Positions 19,912-31,601 are shown, numbered from the stretch's first letter. The stretch: 64,000 nt of DNA from an uncultured Gemmatimonadales bacterium (GCA_963798085.1 CAWCRS010000003.1:352001-416000); one strand, 5' to 3'. The notes: a model not told the origin generated them from the letters alone. Translations and numbers: made by a program.

Positions 19912-21643
19912 ATGGGCATGAGAATCCGGCCATTGCGGGCCGCTGTCGCAGCTTCATTTCTGGCGACGATGCTGGTTCACCCTCTCAGCGCGCAGCATGC
20001 CGAGCTGCCTCGCCAGCACACGCCCGAGCCCACCACCGCCGGCATCACGGTGCGCGACGTGATGACGCGCACCTACATCATCGCTGATGATTCCATGGAA
20101 GGCCGTGACACCGGACGGCGAGGCGGGTTACGGGCGGCCGAGTACATCGCGCGCCAGCTGCAGACGCTGGGACTCGAACCCGCGGGCGATAACGGCACCT
20201 ACTTCCAGGGCATCCCCTGGATGTCGCGGCGGCCCGATCCGGATGCGGTGCTGCGCGCAGGCGAGGCGACACTCGTCGCCGGCACTGATTTTCTGCTGCT
20301 GCCCCGACTGGGTGCGCAGGTGTTCCTCGGCGGGCAACCGTATGGCGGCTCGTTCCACGGCCAGTCTGTGCCGACGGTGTACGGTGGGCGCATCGGAGCG
20401 ACCGACCTGCTCGATCCCGCGGCGGCGGCGGACAAGCTTGTCGTGTTCGATGCGCCTGCGGATCCCAGCGGCCGTCCGCTGTTCGCGTTCTGGCAGCGCA
20501 ACAGCCTGACGCAGTACGCGCAGGCCAGAGCGATTGCCGTGACCTCGCTCGACGCCGGTGCGCCGGGCAATCTGCGCGGCCCGCGCGACGCGTACTGGGA
20601 TTCGACGGGCACGGGCGCGGCAGTGCTGACGGTGCTCGCCATTACGAGCAGCGCGGCGGAGCGCATCTTCGGCGCGCCGGTCGCATCGCTGACTGCCGGC
20701 GACGCTGGCAGTCCGATAACAGGCGATGTGTCGTTCCTCAGCTCGCCCACGGAAGCACCCGCATACAACGTGATCGGCATCCTGCGCGGCCGCAATGCGA
20801 AGCTGCGCAACGAGTACGTCGCGGTGGGCGCGCACTACGACCACGTCGGCTTCACGGCACGTCCGCTCGATCACGACTCGGTGCGCGCCTTCAACAGCAT
20901 CGTGCGGCCGCGCGGCGCGGATGACCCGCCCCGCCGGGGCACGGAAGAGGAATGGGTGCGCGTGCGGGCCGTGCTGGACAGCCTGCGACGTGTGCATCCG
21001 ATGCGTCTCGACTCGATCAACAACGGCGCGGATGATGACGGCAGCGGTTCGGTCCTCAGTCTCGAGATCGCCGAAGCCTTCGCCGGCGCGGCGCGCCGGC
21101 CCGCGCGTTCCCTGCTGTTCGTGTTCCATACGGCGGAAGAGAAGGGTCTGTACGGCGCGCAGTTCTTCTCCGATCATCCCACTGTACCGCGCGATTCCAT
21201 CGTCGCGCAGGTGAACATGGATCAGATGGGCCGCGGCGAACCGGATGATGCGCCGCCCGGCGGGCCCAATGCGCTGGTCGTCATCGGCTCGCGTCGTCTC
21301 TCGACCGAACTCGGTGACCTGGCCGAACGCGTGAATCAGCGACCCGGGCACCGCTTTCATTTCGACTACGAATTCGACCGCGACGGCGACCCCACGAATG
21401 CGTACTGCCGCAGTGATCATTACATGTATGCACGGTACGGCATTCCTGTCGCGTTCTTCAGTGCGGCTGCGTGGCATCGCGATTATCACATGGTGACGGA
21501 CGAACCGCAGTACATCGCGTACGATCGCATGGCCAGGATCGGCCGTTACATCCCGGGATTTCGTGCAGGCCGTCGCCGACCTGGGGCACCGGCCCCGGGT
21601 GGACAAGCCGAAGCCGGACCCGCTCGGCACCTGCCGGCAGTAG
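19912..21643 (+). CDS. M28 family peptidase, secreted; +1 frameshift near 21555
   Basis: ADDSMEGR, GAHYDH, NGADDDGSG, AEEKGL, NMDQMGR, RSDHY, DYH. The C-terminus (VDKPKPDPLGTCRQ*) is in the +1 frame. Confidence 0.88.
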
Positions 21644-22163
21644 ATACCCTGGCCGCCTCGCCCATGGCAGGCCGGCAGCCTGTCGGGTTGCCGGGCCGTT
21701 CGCCTGTCATCATCTCGTGCAGGCGGGAATCCAACACAGTATTAGCCAGCTCGTGTGCGCCGGCGACGGGCCACTGCGGCGGATCGTTTGCTCCGGCCGC
21801 ACTCGGGTTCGCTTCGCCTCGTGCCAGCGGCCTGTGGCTGGGGTGGCGTCCCGAAGGGTCGCCTGGCGCGTCGGCCGGTCCGCTTCGTCCCGCCATGAGC
21901 GGGGGCCAACCTGCCGCGCGCGCCGTCTGTCCCCTCGCCCGCGCGACCCCTGCGCCGGCTCTGCAGGTTCGCGTGCGTGCGGCGTCTCCCGGCCACCGGA
22001 CAGCCGGCGGATGCGGAGCGATTGGCGAGCCGCGTCGTCGCCTCTCATGACGGCCCGATCCTGACCCGCTGGCGTGCCATCGCACGGCGGCCCGGCAGCG
22101 TGCGGCGGAGCCGACATGCCAACCCGCTCAAACACCACGTTACACCATGACCCGGGAGCGTCC

Positions 22164-23297
22164 ATGACGAGCCGACGCGAATTCCTCCGCCTTTCCGCCG
22201 TGGCCGGCGGTGTCCTGCCGTTCGCCGATCCGCTGTTCGAGCGGCTCGTGCCGCCCGCGCCGGCACCGCTCCGCATTCTGATCCTGGGCGGCACCAACTT
22301 CATCGGTCCCTATCACGTGCGTTATGCCGTAGCTCGCGGACATCACGTGACGGTGTTCAATCGCGGCCGCCACCAGGCCGATCTGCCGGCGAGCGTCGAG
22401 CACCTGCAGGGCGATCGCAGTCTGCCCGACGGCCTGGCGGCGCTGAAGGGGAAGACGTGGGACGTGGTGCTGGACAACCCGACGTCGCTTCCCAAATGGG
22501 TGCGTGATGCCGGCGAAGTCCTGCACAACGCGACGCAGCAGTACATCCTGACCTCGACCATCTCGGTGTACCCGGATCAGGGAACGCAGCCGGGCGCGGA
22601 CGAGGATGCGCCGGTCACCGAGTACAAGGGCAAGGATGCGTTCGCGGAGCCGCGCGTCACACTCGAGCTGTATGGCGCGCTCAAGGCGGTCGCCGAGAAG
22701 GAGGCGTACCGCCAGTTCCCCGGCAGCACGACCGTCGTGCGGCCCGGTCTCATTGTCGGCCCCGGCGATGCCACCGACCGCTTCAGCTACTGGCCCGTGC
22801 GCATCGACCGCGGTGGCGAGGTGCTGGCTCCGGGGGACGGCCTGGATCCCATACAGTACGTCGACGTGCGCGATCTCACCGAGTGGATGATCCATCTCGC
22901 CGAGAACCGCGTGTTAGGGACGTACAATGCCACCGGTCCGGCGGCCGCGCTCCACAGCGCCGAGCTCCTCTACGGCGTGCGCGCCGCCTGCAGTGGCAGC
23001 AACGACGTGCGTTTCACCTGGGTGCCTGCCGACTTTCTCGAGGCGCAGAAGGTCCAGCCCTGGAGTGACATGCCGGTCTGGATCCCGCGCGCCATGCCCG
23101 ACGCCAATGTGGCCATGGTCAGCGTGCGGCGCGCCATTGCCGCGGGCCTCACGTTCCGCTCGCTCGCGGTCACTTCCGCCGACACGCTGGCGTGGTTCAA
23201 GACGCTGCCGGCGGACCGGCAGGCGAAGCTGCAGGCCGGCCTCGCCGCGGACCGCGAGGCGGAGGTGCTGAAGGCCTGGCACGCCGCCGGGCACTGA
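22164..23297 (+). CDS. NAD-dependent epimerase/dehydratase (SDR) with Tat signal, paralog 1
   Basis: SRREFLR, LILGGTNFIG, FNRG, YGALK, VRPGLIVGPGD. Confidence 0.9.
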   Translation: MTSRREFLRLSAVAGGVLPFADPLFERLVPPAPAPLRILILGGTNFIGPYHVRYAVARGHHVTVFNRGRHQADLPASVEHLQGDRSLPDGLAALKGKTWDVVLDNPTSLPKWVRDAGEVLHNATQQYILTSTISVYPDQGTQPGADEDAPVTEYKGKDAFAEPRVTLELYGALKAVAEKEAYRQFPGSTTVVRPGLIVGPGDATDRFSYWPVRIDRGGEVLAPGDGLDPIQYVDVRDLTEWMIHLAENRVLGTYNATGPAAALHSAELLYGVRAACSGSNDVRFTWVPADFLEAQKVQPWSDMPVWIPRAMPDANVAMVSVRRAIAAGLTFRSLAVTSADTLAWFKTLPADRQAKLQAGLAADREAEVLKAWHAAGH

Positions 23298-23479
23298 AGC
23301 GCCGCTCGCCCTCGCCACACCCCTGACACGGGCGCGCGTCCCAACGCCCGGGGACGCTGCGGCTATCCAATTGCAGGCGACGATGCTGCGCTCCGCACCG
23401 TCGCCTCCGAAACGGGAACGCAGCGTCCGCGCTAACGCCGCGTTCGCCAGCCACAAGCGCTCGATCCGCGGGGCATTTC

Positions 23480-25891
23480 ATGAACATCATGCAGGCGCAG
23501 GATCTCCGTCACGCGCTGCGCACCATGCGGCGCCGGCCCACGCTCAGCCTCGCGGTGATCTCCGCCATTGCCCTCGGCATCGGCGCGCTGACCGCGGTGG
23601 CGAGCGTCATCGAGGGCGTGCTGCTGCGGCCGCTGCCCTACCCGCAGCCGGATCGCGTGGTATGGCTGAACGGCCTGAGCGCCAGTACCGCCGCGGCGAT
23701 TCACGGGCGCGCCAACCCCTACGATGTGGCCGACTGGATCCGCGAGACGCGCAGCTTCAGCGCCATTGCTGCGTTCCAGACCTCGCACTCGACGCTGCTG
23801 CTGCCGGGCGGTCCCGAACGCGTGGGCATTGCCGACGTCAGCCCGGGCATGGACCGGGTGCTGCAGCTGCCCATCGAGCACGGGCGCTACTTCCGTGCGG
23901 AGGATTTCGCGCCGGGCGTACGCAGCGTGATCGTGAGCGACCGCCTGTGGCGCACGCGGCTGGGCGCCGACCCGGACATCATCGGCAGTCGTATTACGCT
24001 GGACGCCACCTCGTTCGAGGTGATCGGCGTGCTGCGGCCAACGGTCCTGCCATTCCCTCCCGATGCCGACGTCTGGGCACGGCTGTCGCTGCCGCAGGAT
24101 GATGGCGGGACTCGTCGCGCCGGCGTCTGGCTGGCCGTCGTCGCCCGGCTCCGCGATAACGTGTCGTTAGAAACAGCGCGCGCGGAAATGCAGGGCGAGG
24201 TGGCCGCACTGCGCCAGCGCCACCCGCAGACCAACAGGGATCGCGGCATTGAGCTGCTGCCGCTGCGTGACGGGCTGGTGGGCAGTGCGCGCAGCGTGGT
24301 ACTGCTGCTGGCGGGCTCCGTGCTGCTGGTGCTGCTCATCGCCTGCGCCAACATTGGCAACATGCTGCTCGCCGCGGCCCTCGACCGGCGCCGCGAGTTT
24401 GCGGTGCGCAGCGCACTGGGCGCTGGCACGAGTCGGCTGGTTCGCCTGCTGCTCACGGAAAGCGCCGTGCTCGCCGGCATCGGTGCGGGTCTGGGACTGC
24501 TGCTCGCGCCCACACTGCTGCGTGCACTGCTGGCTCTCTATCCCGGCGGATTGCCGCGCGCCGCCGAGGTGAGCATCAACACTCCCGTACTCCTGCTGAC
24601 TGCGCTGGTCACGGCGCTGGTCACCGTGATCGCCGGGCTGCCTTCGCTGCGCCAGGCCCGGCGCCTGGATCTGCAATCGGTGATCCGGTCGGGCGAACGC
24701 GGGCTGGGAACGCGGCAGGAACGCTGGCTGCGCCACGGGTTCGTGCTGCTGCAGAGCGGACTGTCGGCGGCCATGCTCTTCATCGGTATCCTGCTGTTAC
24801 GCACACTGCTCGCGCTGCTGCATACGCCCGCCGGCTTCGACACCGCGCACCTGCTGACGTTCGAGGTCGGCTTGAGCGGACCGCGATTCGCCGAGCTGGC
24901 GCAGGAGAGCGCATTCGACGATGCGCTGCTGGACAGGCTGCGCGCGCTGCCGGGCGTGCTGCAGGCGGGCGCTTCCTCGATGCTGCCCCTGGCCAGGGGC
25001 GATTTCCTGGATGGATTCCGGCGGGAAGGCTTCACCGATGAGCTGCCGGACCTGCCGATCGCACGACTGCAGAACATAACACCAGGTTACCTGGAGACAC
25101 TCGGCCTGCCGCTGCGCGCCGGCCGCACCATCCTGGCGAGCGACAACCGCGCGGACGCGCCGCCGGTCGCCGTGGTCAACGAGGCGCTGCAGCGCGCCTA
25201 TCTGCCTGATGGAGCGCTGGGGAAGCGCATTATCTTCCGCGGCCACCTGCTCGAGGTCGTCGGCGTCGTCGGAGACAAGCGGCACGAGAGCCTGCGTGAG
25301 GCAGCGCGCCCCGAGCTCTATCTGCCCCGGGCGCAGAGTGACAATCCGCGCTCCTATGCATGGGTTGCGGTGCGCACGGCCGGCGATCCCCAAGCGCTCG
25401 CGGCCCAGGTGCGACGGGCACTGGCGGAGCTGGATCCGACGCTCGGCATGGAAGACATCGCGACCATGCATACGCGCATCGAGGACACACTGGCGCCCGA
25501 TCGTTTCCGCGCCGGCGTCATCGGCGCCCTGGCCGTGCTCGCGCTCGTACTCGCGGTGCTCGGCATCTACGGCGTCATCGCGTACGCCGTCTCGCGCGAA
25601 ACCCGCGAGATCGGCATCCGCATGGCGCTGGGGCAGTCCGCGAATTCGGCGGTGGGTGAAGTGCTGCGTCGCGCGCTGGCACTGGCGGGCGGCGGCGTCG
25701 CCTTCGGTCTCCTGCTCGGCCTCATGGCCGGGCGACTGCTTTCCAGCTTCCTCGCCGGCGTCACCGCGCGCGACCCGCTGGCCATCGTGCTCGTGCCCGT
25801 GCTGCTGCTCTCCGCTGCCGCGCTGGCCGCACTGGGACCGGCGCGGCGGGCAGGGCGCCTGGATCCCGCTACGGTTCTGCGCTCCGGCTGA
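23480..25891 (+). CDS. ADOP-type duplicated MacB/FtsX ABC permease
   Basis: LLRPLPYPQPDR, LLIACANIGN, REFAVRSALGA, second half REIGIRMALG, PARRAGRLDP. Confidence 0.92.
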   Translation: MNIMQAQDLRHALRTMRRRPTLSLAVISAIALGIGALTAVASVIEGVLLRPLPYPQPDRVVWLNGLSASTAAAIHGRANPYDVADWIRETRSFSAIAAFQTSHSTLLLPGGPERVGIADVSPGMDRVLQLPIEHGRYFRAEDFAPGVRSVIVSDRLWRTRLGADPDIIGSRITLDATSFEVIGVLRPTVLPFPPDADVWARLSLPQDDGGTRRAGVWLAVVARLRDNVSLETARAEMQGEVAALRQRHPQTNRDRGIELLPLRDGLVGSARSVVLLLAGSVLLVLLIACANIGNMLLAAALDRRREFAVRSALGAGTSRLVRLLLTESAVLAGIGAGLGLLLAPTLLRALLALYPGGLPRAAEVSINTPVLLLTALVTALVTVIAGLPSLRQARRLDLQSVIRSGERGLGTRQERWLRHGFVLLQSGLSAAMLFIGILLLRTLLALLHTPAGFDTAHLLTFEVGLSGPRFAELAQESAFDDALLDRLRALPGVLQAGASSMLPLARGDFLDGFRREGFTDELPDLPIARLQNITPGYLETLGLPLRAGRTILASDNRADAPPVAVVNEALQRAYLPDGALGKRIIFRGHLLEVVGVVGDKRHESLREAARPELYLPRAQSDNPRSYAWVAVRTAGDPQALAAQVRRALAELDPTLGMEDIATMHTRIEDTLAPDRFRAGVIGALAVLALVLAVLGIYGVIAYAVSRETREIGIRMALGQSANSAVGEVLRRALALAGGGVAFGLLLGLMAGRLLSSFLAGVTARDPLAIVLVPVLLLSAAALAALGPARRAGRLDPATVLRSG

Positions 25892-26163
25892 CACGGTTGT
25901 TACACGCGGAGAGCGCGTGCTCACTGCGACGTACTGCTCGTTGCTTGTTCGAGCCGTCGACTGATGGCCAGCCCGCGCGGCTGCTGGTGACACGGGCGAC
26001 ACCACATGACGGACGCCCTGCACTCAGGGCGCGCGCGTGTCGCCCGGATTGAAGGCGCCGGTGCACTGCATGTAGCGTATCCTTGCGAGAGATGTCTGGA
26101 GGGCGCCGGTCACGACGCGGAACGCGTCCGCTGTCGTCCGCGGCGTCGACGCGCGGGATCAGG

Positions 26164-26715
26164 CTATTTGCCCGTGCCCTGCCAGTTGGCTTTGGGATTG
26201 GTCAGGCCTGCCGCGCCGAGCGTGTCACCGGGCGCGGCCTTGCCCTGCTCTCGCGGGTCATTCCCCTGCCTGGGACCGGCCAGCTGATCGTCCAGCATCT
26301 TGCGCGTGCAATCGCCAGGACTGGACAGCTCGGTGGGCGCCGCGGCGGCTTCCGACTGGTAGATGGCGTACCACTGGTCACCCGCCGTTTCCGCGAAGAG
26401 ACAGACGGACGGATTCTCACGCGACTGACCCACTGTTATGTACACGCCACTCGCCGCATTCGCGGAATCGTGCAGCGGCAGCTCCGGCTCGAACGCCAGC
26501 AGCTGATTGCGGTCCGCCGTGAACGCATGATGCTGCTGCAGCCACGCCATCTCGACCATGAGCACGGTACGCACATTGGCGCGCGCGACGGCATCGTGCG
26601 CCTGCGATGTCGCCTTGTGCTGCATGGGCAGCATTATGCTTGCCAGCACGGCGAGCACAGCAAGCACCACCAGCATCTCGATCAGGGTCAGACCGGGTCG
26701 GTCGCGGAGTCTCAT
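26164..26715 (-). CDS. Prepilin-type N-terminal cleavage/methylation protein (type IV pilin or pseudopilin)
   Basis: G|LTLIEMLVVLAVLAVLASI class III signal with Glu at +5; C-terminal Cys pair. Confidence 0.82.
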   Translation of the reverse strand: MRLRDRPGLTLIEMLVVLAVLAVLASIMLPMQHKATSQAHDAVARANVRTVLMVEMAWLQQHHAFTADRNQLLAFEPELPLHDSANAASGVYITVGQSRENPSVCLFAETAGDQWYAIYQSEAAAAPTELSSPGDCTRKMLDDQLAGPRQGNDPREQGKAAPGDTLGAAGLTNPKANWQGTGK

Positions 26716-26910
26716 CCGTCGTCTGCTGTGAAAGCCCCGTAGAAGTATCGGCAGACTCACCGGGCAATGACTGTCGGGCTTCTCCCCGCACAAGAGCAGG
26801 GGATCGCCTCCTCCGTCCGCGCCCCCGGGCGACGGTCTGGCCACGCACGGGCTGCGGCAGACTGATCGCGATGCACCTCGCGGTAAGGATGGGCCCAGTG
26901 GTCATGGCCG

Positions 26911-27270
26911 ACCTGTGACTCGGACCGTCTTTGCATTCGTGGGTTGTGCCACCTTCCCCACCTGTGACTCGGACCGTCTTTGCATTCGTGGGTTGTGCCA
27001 CCTTCCCCCATGCTACAGGCTCACCCGCGTATCGACTGACCCCCTTGCATGCGGCACCGGGTCGCGGGCATGGCAGAAACGGCCGGAAGGAAAGAATGCC
27101 AGGCTGGTCCGACGGGATATGGCGATTCGGACCGTCTTTGCATTCGTGGGTTGTGCCACCTTCCCCCATGCTACAGGCTCACCCGCGTATCGACTGACCC
27201 CCCTGCATGCGGCACCGGGTCGCCGGCATGGCAGAAACGGCCGGAAGGAAAGAATGCCAGGCTGGTCCGA
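26911..27270. repeat. Family A: 49-bp terminal duplication plus two tandem 144-bp copies (26969-27112, 27127-27270)
   Basis: Direct repeats visible; colinear with the reverse complement of the 14405 copy. Confidence 0.92.
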
Positions 27271-27347
27271 TGACGCTTCATGGAGCTGGATAAGACCTGG
27301 AATCACCCCGCCACCAGGCGCGCCTCGGCGCGGGGAGCGCGACACGC

Positions 27348-28298
27348 TCAGTGCGCCGGAATGAGCGCGTCCAGCTGTTCATCGAGGGCCACCAGCGCGA
27401 CCGCGATGGTGCGCACACAGTGGACATAGAATCCGGGCTGGATGCGTTCGAAGTCGTCGGTCGGGCGGTGGTAGTCCGGGTGGTCCTCGACGCCGAAGTA
27501 GAGGAAGGGAATGCCGGCGGCGTGAAACGCGCCGTGATCGGAAGCGCCGGTCCAGTCGTCGGAGCCGGTGCCGGGTGTGTCGTGTCCCGTGCGCAGCGTC
27601 ACCGGTGCCCGCGCGGCCAGTTGCTCGATCAGCGGTCGCAGGAACGGATAGTGGCGCAGTCCCGACACCCATAACTCGCCCTTATCGTTGCGGCTCACCA
27701 TGTCCAGGTTGATGTCAATGGCGATGCGGGCGCGCGCCAGAGGCGGGTGGGCCACGAAGGCGCGTGCGCCCTGCAGCCCCTCCTCCTCCGCGTCCATGGC
27801 GACGAACAGCAGGCTGTGCGCCGGCTTCGTGCCCGCCATGGCGCGTGCGATCGCCAGAATCGCGGCTGTACCCGAGGCATTGTCGTCGGCTCCGTTGTAG
27901 ATGGCGTCACCCCGCCTGCCCAGGTGATCGTAGTGCGCGCTGACCACGATCACGCGGGTCGTATCCTGACCCTGCTTGCGGCCGACGAAATTCACGCCTT
28001 CTTCGCCTGTCGAGAGACGGAAGGGGCGACGATACGCGTCGCCCACCATTTCCAGGCCGGCGCCCGCGAACGCCCGGTCCAGATAACGCCTTGCCATTTC
28101 ACCACCCGGCGTCCCCGTGCGCCGGCCCTCCATCGAATCCGCCGACAGATTGCGAACGTCCAGCAGCAGTCGCGTGCTGTCGATGACGAGCGCCGCGCGG
28201 AGCGGGGTCCGGGCCACCTGCGCCGCCGCCCGACCTGTCATCGTCGCCGTCCATGCGAACACCAGTGTCACGAACACCGCCCGCTGCATTGCCCGCAT
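27348..28298 (-). CDS. M28 family peptidase, secreted
   Basis: SADSMEGR, SAHYDHLG, NGADDNASG, AEEEGL, NLDMVSR, SDH, DYH. Confidence 0.93.
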   Translation of the reverse strand: MRAMQRAVFVTLVFAWTATMTGRAAAQVARTPLRAALVIDSTRLLLDVRNLSADSMEGRRTGTPGGEMARRYLDRAFAGAGLEMVGDAYRRPFRLSTGEEGVNFVGRKQGQDTTRVIVVSAHYDHLGRRGDAIYNGADDNASGTAAILAIARAMAGTKPAHSLLFVAMDAEEEGLQGARAFVAHPPLARARIAIDINLDMVSRNDKGELWVSGLRHYPFLRPLIEQLAARAPVTLRTGHDTPGTGSDDWTGASDHGAFHAAGIPFLYFGVEDHPDYHRPTDDFERIQPGFYVHCVRTIAVALVALDEQLDALIPAH

Positions 28299-28894
28299 CC
28301 GGTTTCTCCCATGTTGCGCCCGGCAGCCGCAGATCGCGCTGCCACTCCGCCATGCCGTTGCTTACACCCGCCGCCCGCGAAGTTTGCCTTGCTCGCGGCG
28401 GCGCGCAGCGCTCGAGAGATCCGGAGCACGGACAGGACCCGTGCGCTGCCCGCCGACGCCCCGGCAGCCCCATGGACACGAGCCATTCCACATTGACGTC
28501 GCGCCTCCCATTGCTGCGCCCATCGCCTGGGCCGTCCAGTCGGGCACCAGTCGCGATCGCACCCCATGTCAGAGGCCGCTCGCCCGAGGTTTGGCGCCCC
28601 TCCGTCCCCCTGTGCCCTCTGTGTGAAAATGATCCGTTGAAACGCACATGTCGCGACTCGCCTGCGTTCGTGCGCCCCGCTCGTTGCGCCACCTGAGCAA
28701 GGCCACCTTCGCGCTCCGCACCCCGCGGCCTCACACGGCCGTCCCCCCGACCCCAACCTCCATCCCGGCTCCGCTCGGCTGGACCCGGCAAAGTGGCCCC
28801 TCACCCACCGCCGTGAGCATCCTCCGTTGCCCTCGAACCTCGCCCCGCCCGCGGCGCGCGGCTATCATTGCACCCTTCACCATCAGGAAACGAG

Positions 28895-30011
28895 ATGACC
28901 ATCGACAGACGCGAGTTCGTCCGGACCGCGCTAACGGCAGGCGCCGCGCTGCGGCTCGGGCTGGTGCCCGGCGCCGCCGCGGCCGAAGCGCCGCGCGCCA
29001 TGCGCATCCTCGTGCTGGGCGGCACGACGTTCCTCGGCCCGTTCCAGATCAAGTACGCGCTCGAGCGCGGCCATACGGTGTCGACGTTCAACCGCGGCCG
29101 CACCGTGCCCACCATTCATCCCGAGGTGTTCGATCACATCGAGCATCTCAATGGCGACCGCAACGGCGATCTCGAAATCGCTCGAAGGTCGCGACTGGGA
29201 TGCGGTGATCGACAACTCCGGCCAGCGTGTCGAGTGGGCCACCATGTCCGCGCAGCTCCTGAAAGGCCATGCGAAACGGTACCTGTATGTCTCGTCGACA
29301 GGCGTGTACTTCCCCTACCGCGGCCTGGACATACGCGAGGATTTCCCGACACCGCTGAACGACGATCCGCCCAGGGAGCCGCCCTCCTACAGCCCGATGA
29401 AGGCGAGGTCCGAACTGGAGGTGCGCAAGTTCTTCGGTGACGAAGGGACCATCGTGGTGCGGCCGCAGTACATCGTCGGCCCGGGCGATCCCTCGGACCG
29501 CTTCCCGTACTGGCCCGTGCGCATGGAGCGCGGGGGTGAAGTGCTGGTGCCCGGAAAGAAGTCGGACCCTGTGCAGCTCATCGACGTGCGCGATCTCGCC
29601 GAGTTCATGATCCGGCTGGTCGAGAAGAATGCATCCGGTGTCTTCAATGCCGCCGGTCCCGCGAATCCGTTGACCATGGACCGCTTCATTGCGGGCCTGC
29701 ACGATGCCATTCCCACGCAGGCCAGCTTCACCTGGATCGAGAATTACGATTTCCTCAAGGCGCAGAAGCTCGAGTACGCGATCCCGTGGCTGATGCCCGA
29801 CGCCGACAACATGGGTGCCGCGCGCATCAATATCTCGCGCGCGAAGGCGGCCGGCCTCACGTTCCGCCCGATGAAGACGACGGTGCAGGACACACTGGAG
29901 TGGTGGCACTCGAATGCCGTCCCGGAAACCCGCCGTGCGAAACCACGCTTCGTGCTGACACCGGAGCGCGAGGCCGAGATCCTCACTGCGTGGAAGGCGA
30001 AGCAGGGCTGA
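28895..30011 (+). CDS. NAD-dependent epimerase/dehydratase with Tat signal, paralog 2; +1 frameshift near 29173
   Basis: DRREFVR, LVLGGTTFLG; after the shift KSLEGRDWDAVID, YSPMK, VRPQYIVGPGD. Confidence 0.88.
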
Positions 30012-30052
30012 TCGGCCGCGCTCCGTTCACGCGACCCGAACGCCACGAGCGT

Positions 30053-31435
30053 ATGACACAGGACAACGGCAGTGCCGCGCAGGCTTCACCGCTGACCCTC
30101 GTTCTGCGGCGCATCGTGCAGGTGCGCCCGGCGGAGGTGCGCGCACTCCTGCTCGGCTGCGCGTACTACTTCACCGTCCTGACAGCGTATTACATCATCC
30201 GTCCGATCCGCGATCAGATGGGCCTGGCCGGCGGCGTGCGCAATCTGCCGTGGCTGTTCACCGGCACCATGACCGGCATGATCCTGGTCAATCCGCTGTT
30301 CTCGGCGCTGGTGGCGCGCTATCCCCGGCGCCGCTTCGTGCCGATGGCCTACCGCTTCTTCATGCTCAACCTGCTGCTCTTCTTCCTGCTGCTGCGCCTG
30401 GTGCCGCACGATGCCACGGTGTGGGTGGGTCGCGTCTTCTTCATGTGGGTGAGCATCTTCAATCTGTTCGTGGTGTCCGTGTTCTGGTCGTTCATGGCGG
30501 ATGTGTTCACATCGGAACAGGGTAAGCGACTCTTCGCCTTCGTCGCTCTCGGCGGGACGCTGGGTGCGGTGCTCGGAGCCTCCATCACGGCGCTGTTCGT
30601 CGAGCTGGTCGGACAGACCAATCTGCTGCTCATTTCCATCGCGTTCCTGCAGCTCGCCATCTGGTGCGCGGCCGGACTGGGACGCGCAGCCGGTGCATCC
30701 GAGGCAGCGGCAAGAAGCGCGGCGGGCGGGGGCGGCGAGGAGAGCGCGCGCGGCGATACCGTGATCGGGGGCGGCATGCTGGCCGGCATCGGCCACGTGC
30801 TGCGCTCGCCGTACCTGCTCGGCATCTGTCTGTTCATCCTGCTCTACACGATCGGCTCCACCATCGTCTACTTCCAGCAGGCCGGCATCATTGATGCCTC
30901 CGTGCCGAAGGGCGACCCGCAGACAGCGCTGTTCGCACGCATCGACCTCATGGTGAACGCGCTGACCATCGTGATGCAGCTGTACGTGACCGGCCGCATC
31001 GCGCGCTGGCTCGGTGTGGGCATCACCCTCGCCGTACTGCCCGCGCTGTCCATTGCCGGCTTCACTGCGCTCGCGCTGATGCCCGTGCTGGGCGTGATCG
31101 TCGCCTTCCAGGTGGTGCGCCGCGCCGGCGAGTACGCGGTCACCCGGCCCATGCGCGAGGTGCTCTACACCGTCATCAATCGCGAGGACAAGTACAAGGC
31201 CAAGAACTTCATCGACACGTTCGTGTACCGCGCGGGCGATCAGATCGGCGCCTGGTCATCGAAGCTCATCGGCGCGCTCGGCCTCACCATGGTCAGCCTC
31301 TCCTGGGTGGCCGTGCCGCTCTCCGCATTGTGGCTGGTGATCGGGTTGTGGCTGGGCAAGCGCCAGGAAGCCATGGCGAGGGCACAGCGCACGGAAACGC
31401 CGCCCGGCCGCGCCGCGGAGCCCGTACCCGCGTAG
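30053..31435 (+). CDS. MFS transporter of the TLC/Npt ATP:ADP translocase-like group
   Basis: About 12 TMs; YYIIRPIRD, VSVFWSFMAD, GKRLFA, REDKYKAKNFIDTFVYRAGD. Confidence 0.82.
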   Translation: MTQDNGSAAQASPLTLVLRRIVQVRPAEVRALLLGCAYYFTVLTAYYIIRPIRDQMGLAGGVRNLPWLFTGTMTGMILVNPLFSALVARYPRRRFVPMAYRFFMLNLLLFFLLLRLVPHDATVWVGRVFFMWVSIFNLFVVSVFWSFMADVFTSEQGKRLFAFVALGGTLGAVLGASITALFVELVGQTNLLLISIAFLQLAIWCAAGLGRAAGASEAAARSAAGGGGEESARGDTVIGGGMLAGIGHVLRSPYLLGICLFILLYTIGSTIVYFQQAGIIDASVPKGDPQTALFARIDLMVNALTIVMQLYVTGRIARWLGVGITLAVLPALSIAGFTALALMPVLGVIVAFQVVRRAGEYAVTRPMREVLYTVINREDKYKAKNFIDTFVYRAGDQIGAWSSKLIGALGLTMVSLSWVAVPLSALWLVIGLWLGKRQEAMARAQRTETPPGRAAEPVPA

Positions 31436-31601
31436 CCGGCGACAGAGGAAGCGTGCGACAGCGCGCCGGCTGCCGCAGGCGCGGCATGCGGTTCGTGCCC
31501 GCCGGAACAGCCCGCGCTCCCCGCGCGCACAGCATACGCATGAAAATGAGGAGGCGACGACGCGTCGTCGCCTGACACTCCGTTAACACGCGACGAATAC
31601 C

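Noticed and set aside
21644..22050. Long C-terminal extension of the M28 ORF (to 22050)
   Set aside because: Artefact of the +1 shift near 21555; a plausible C-terminus ends at TAG 21643.
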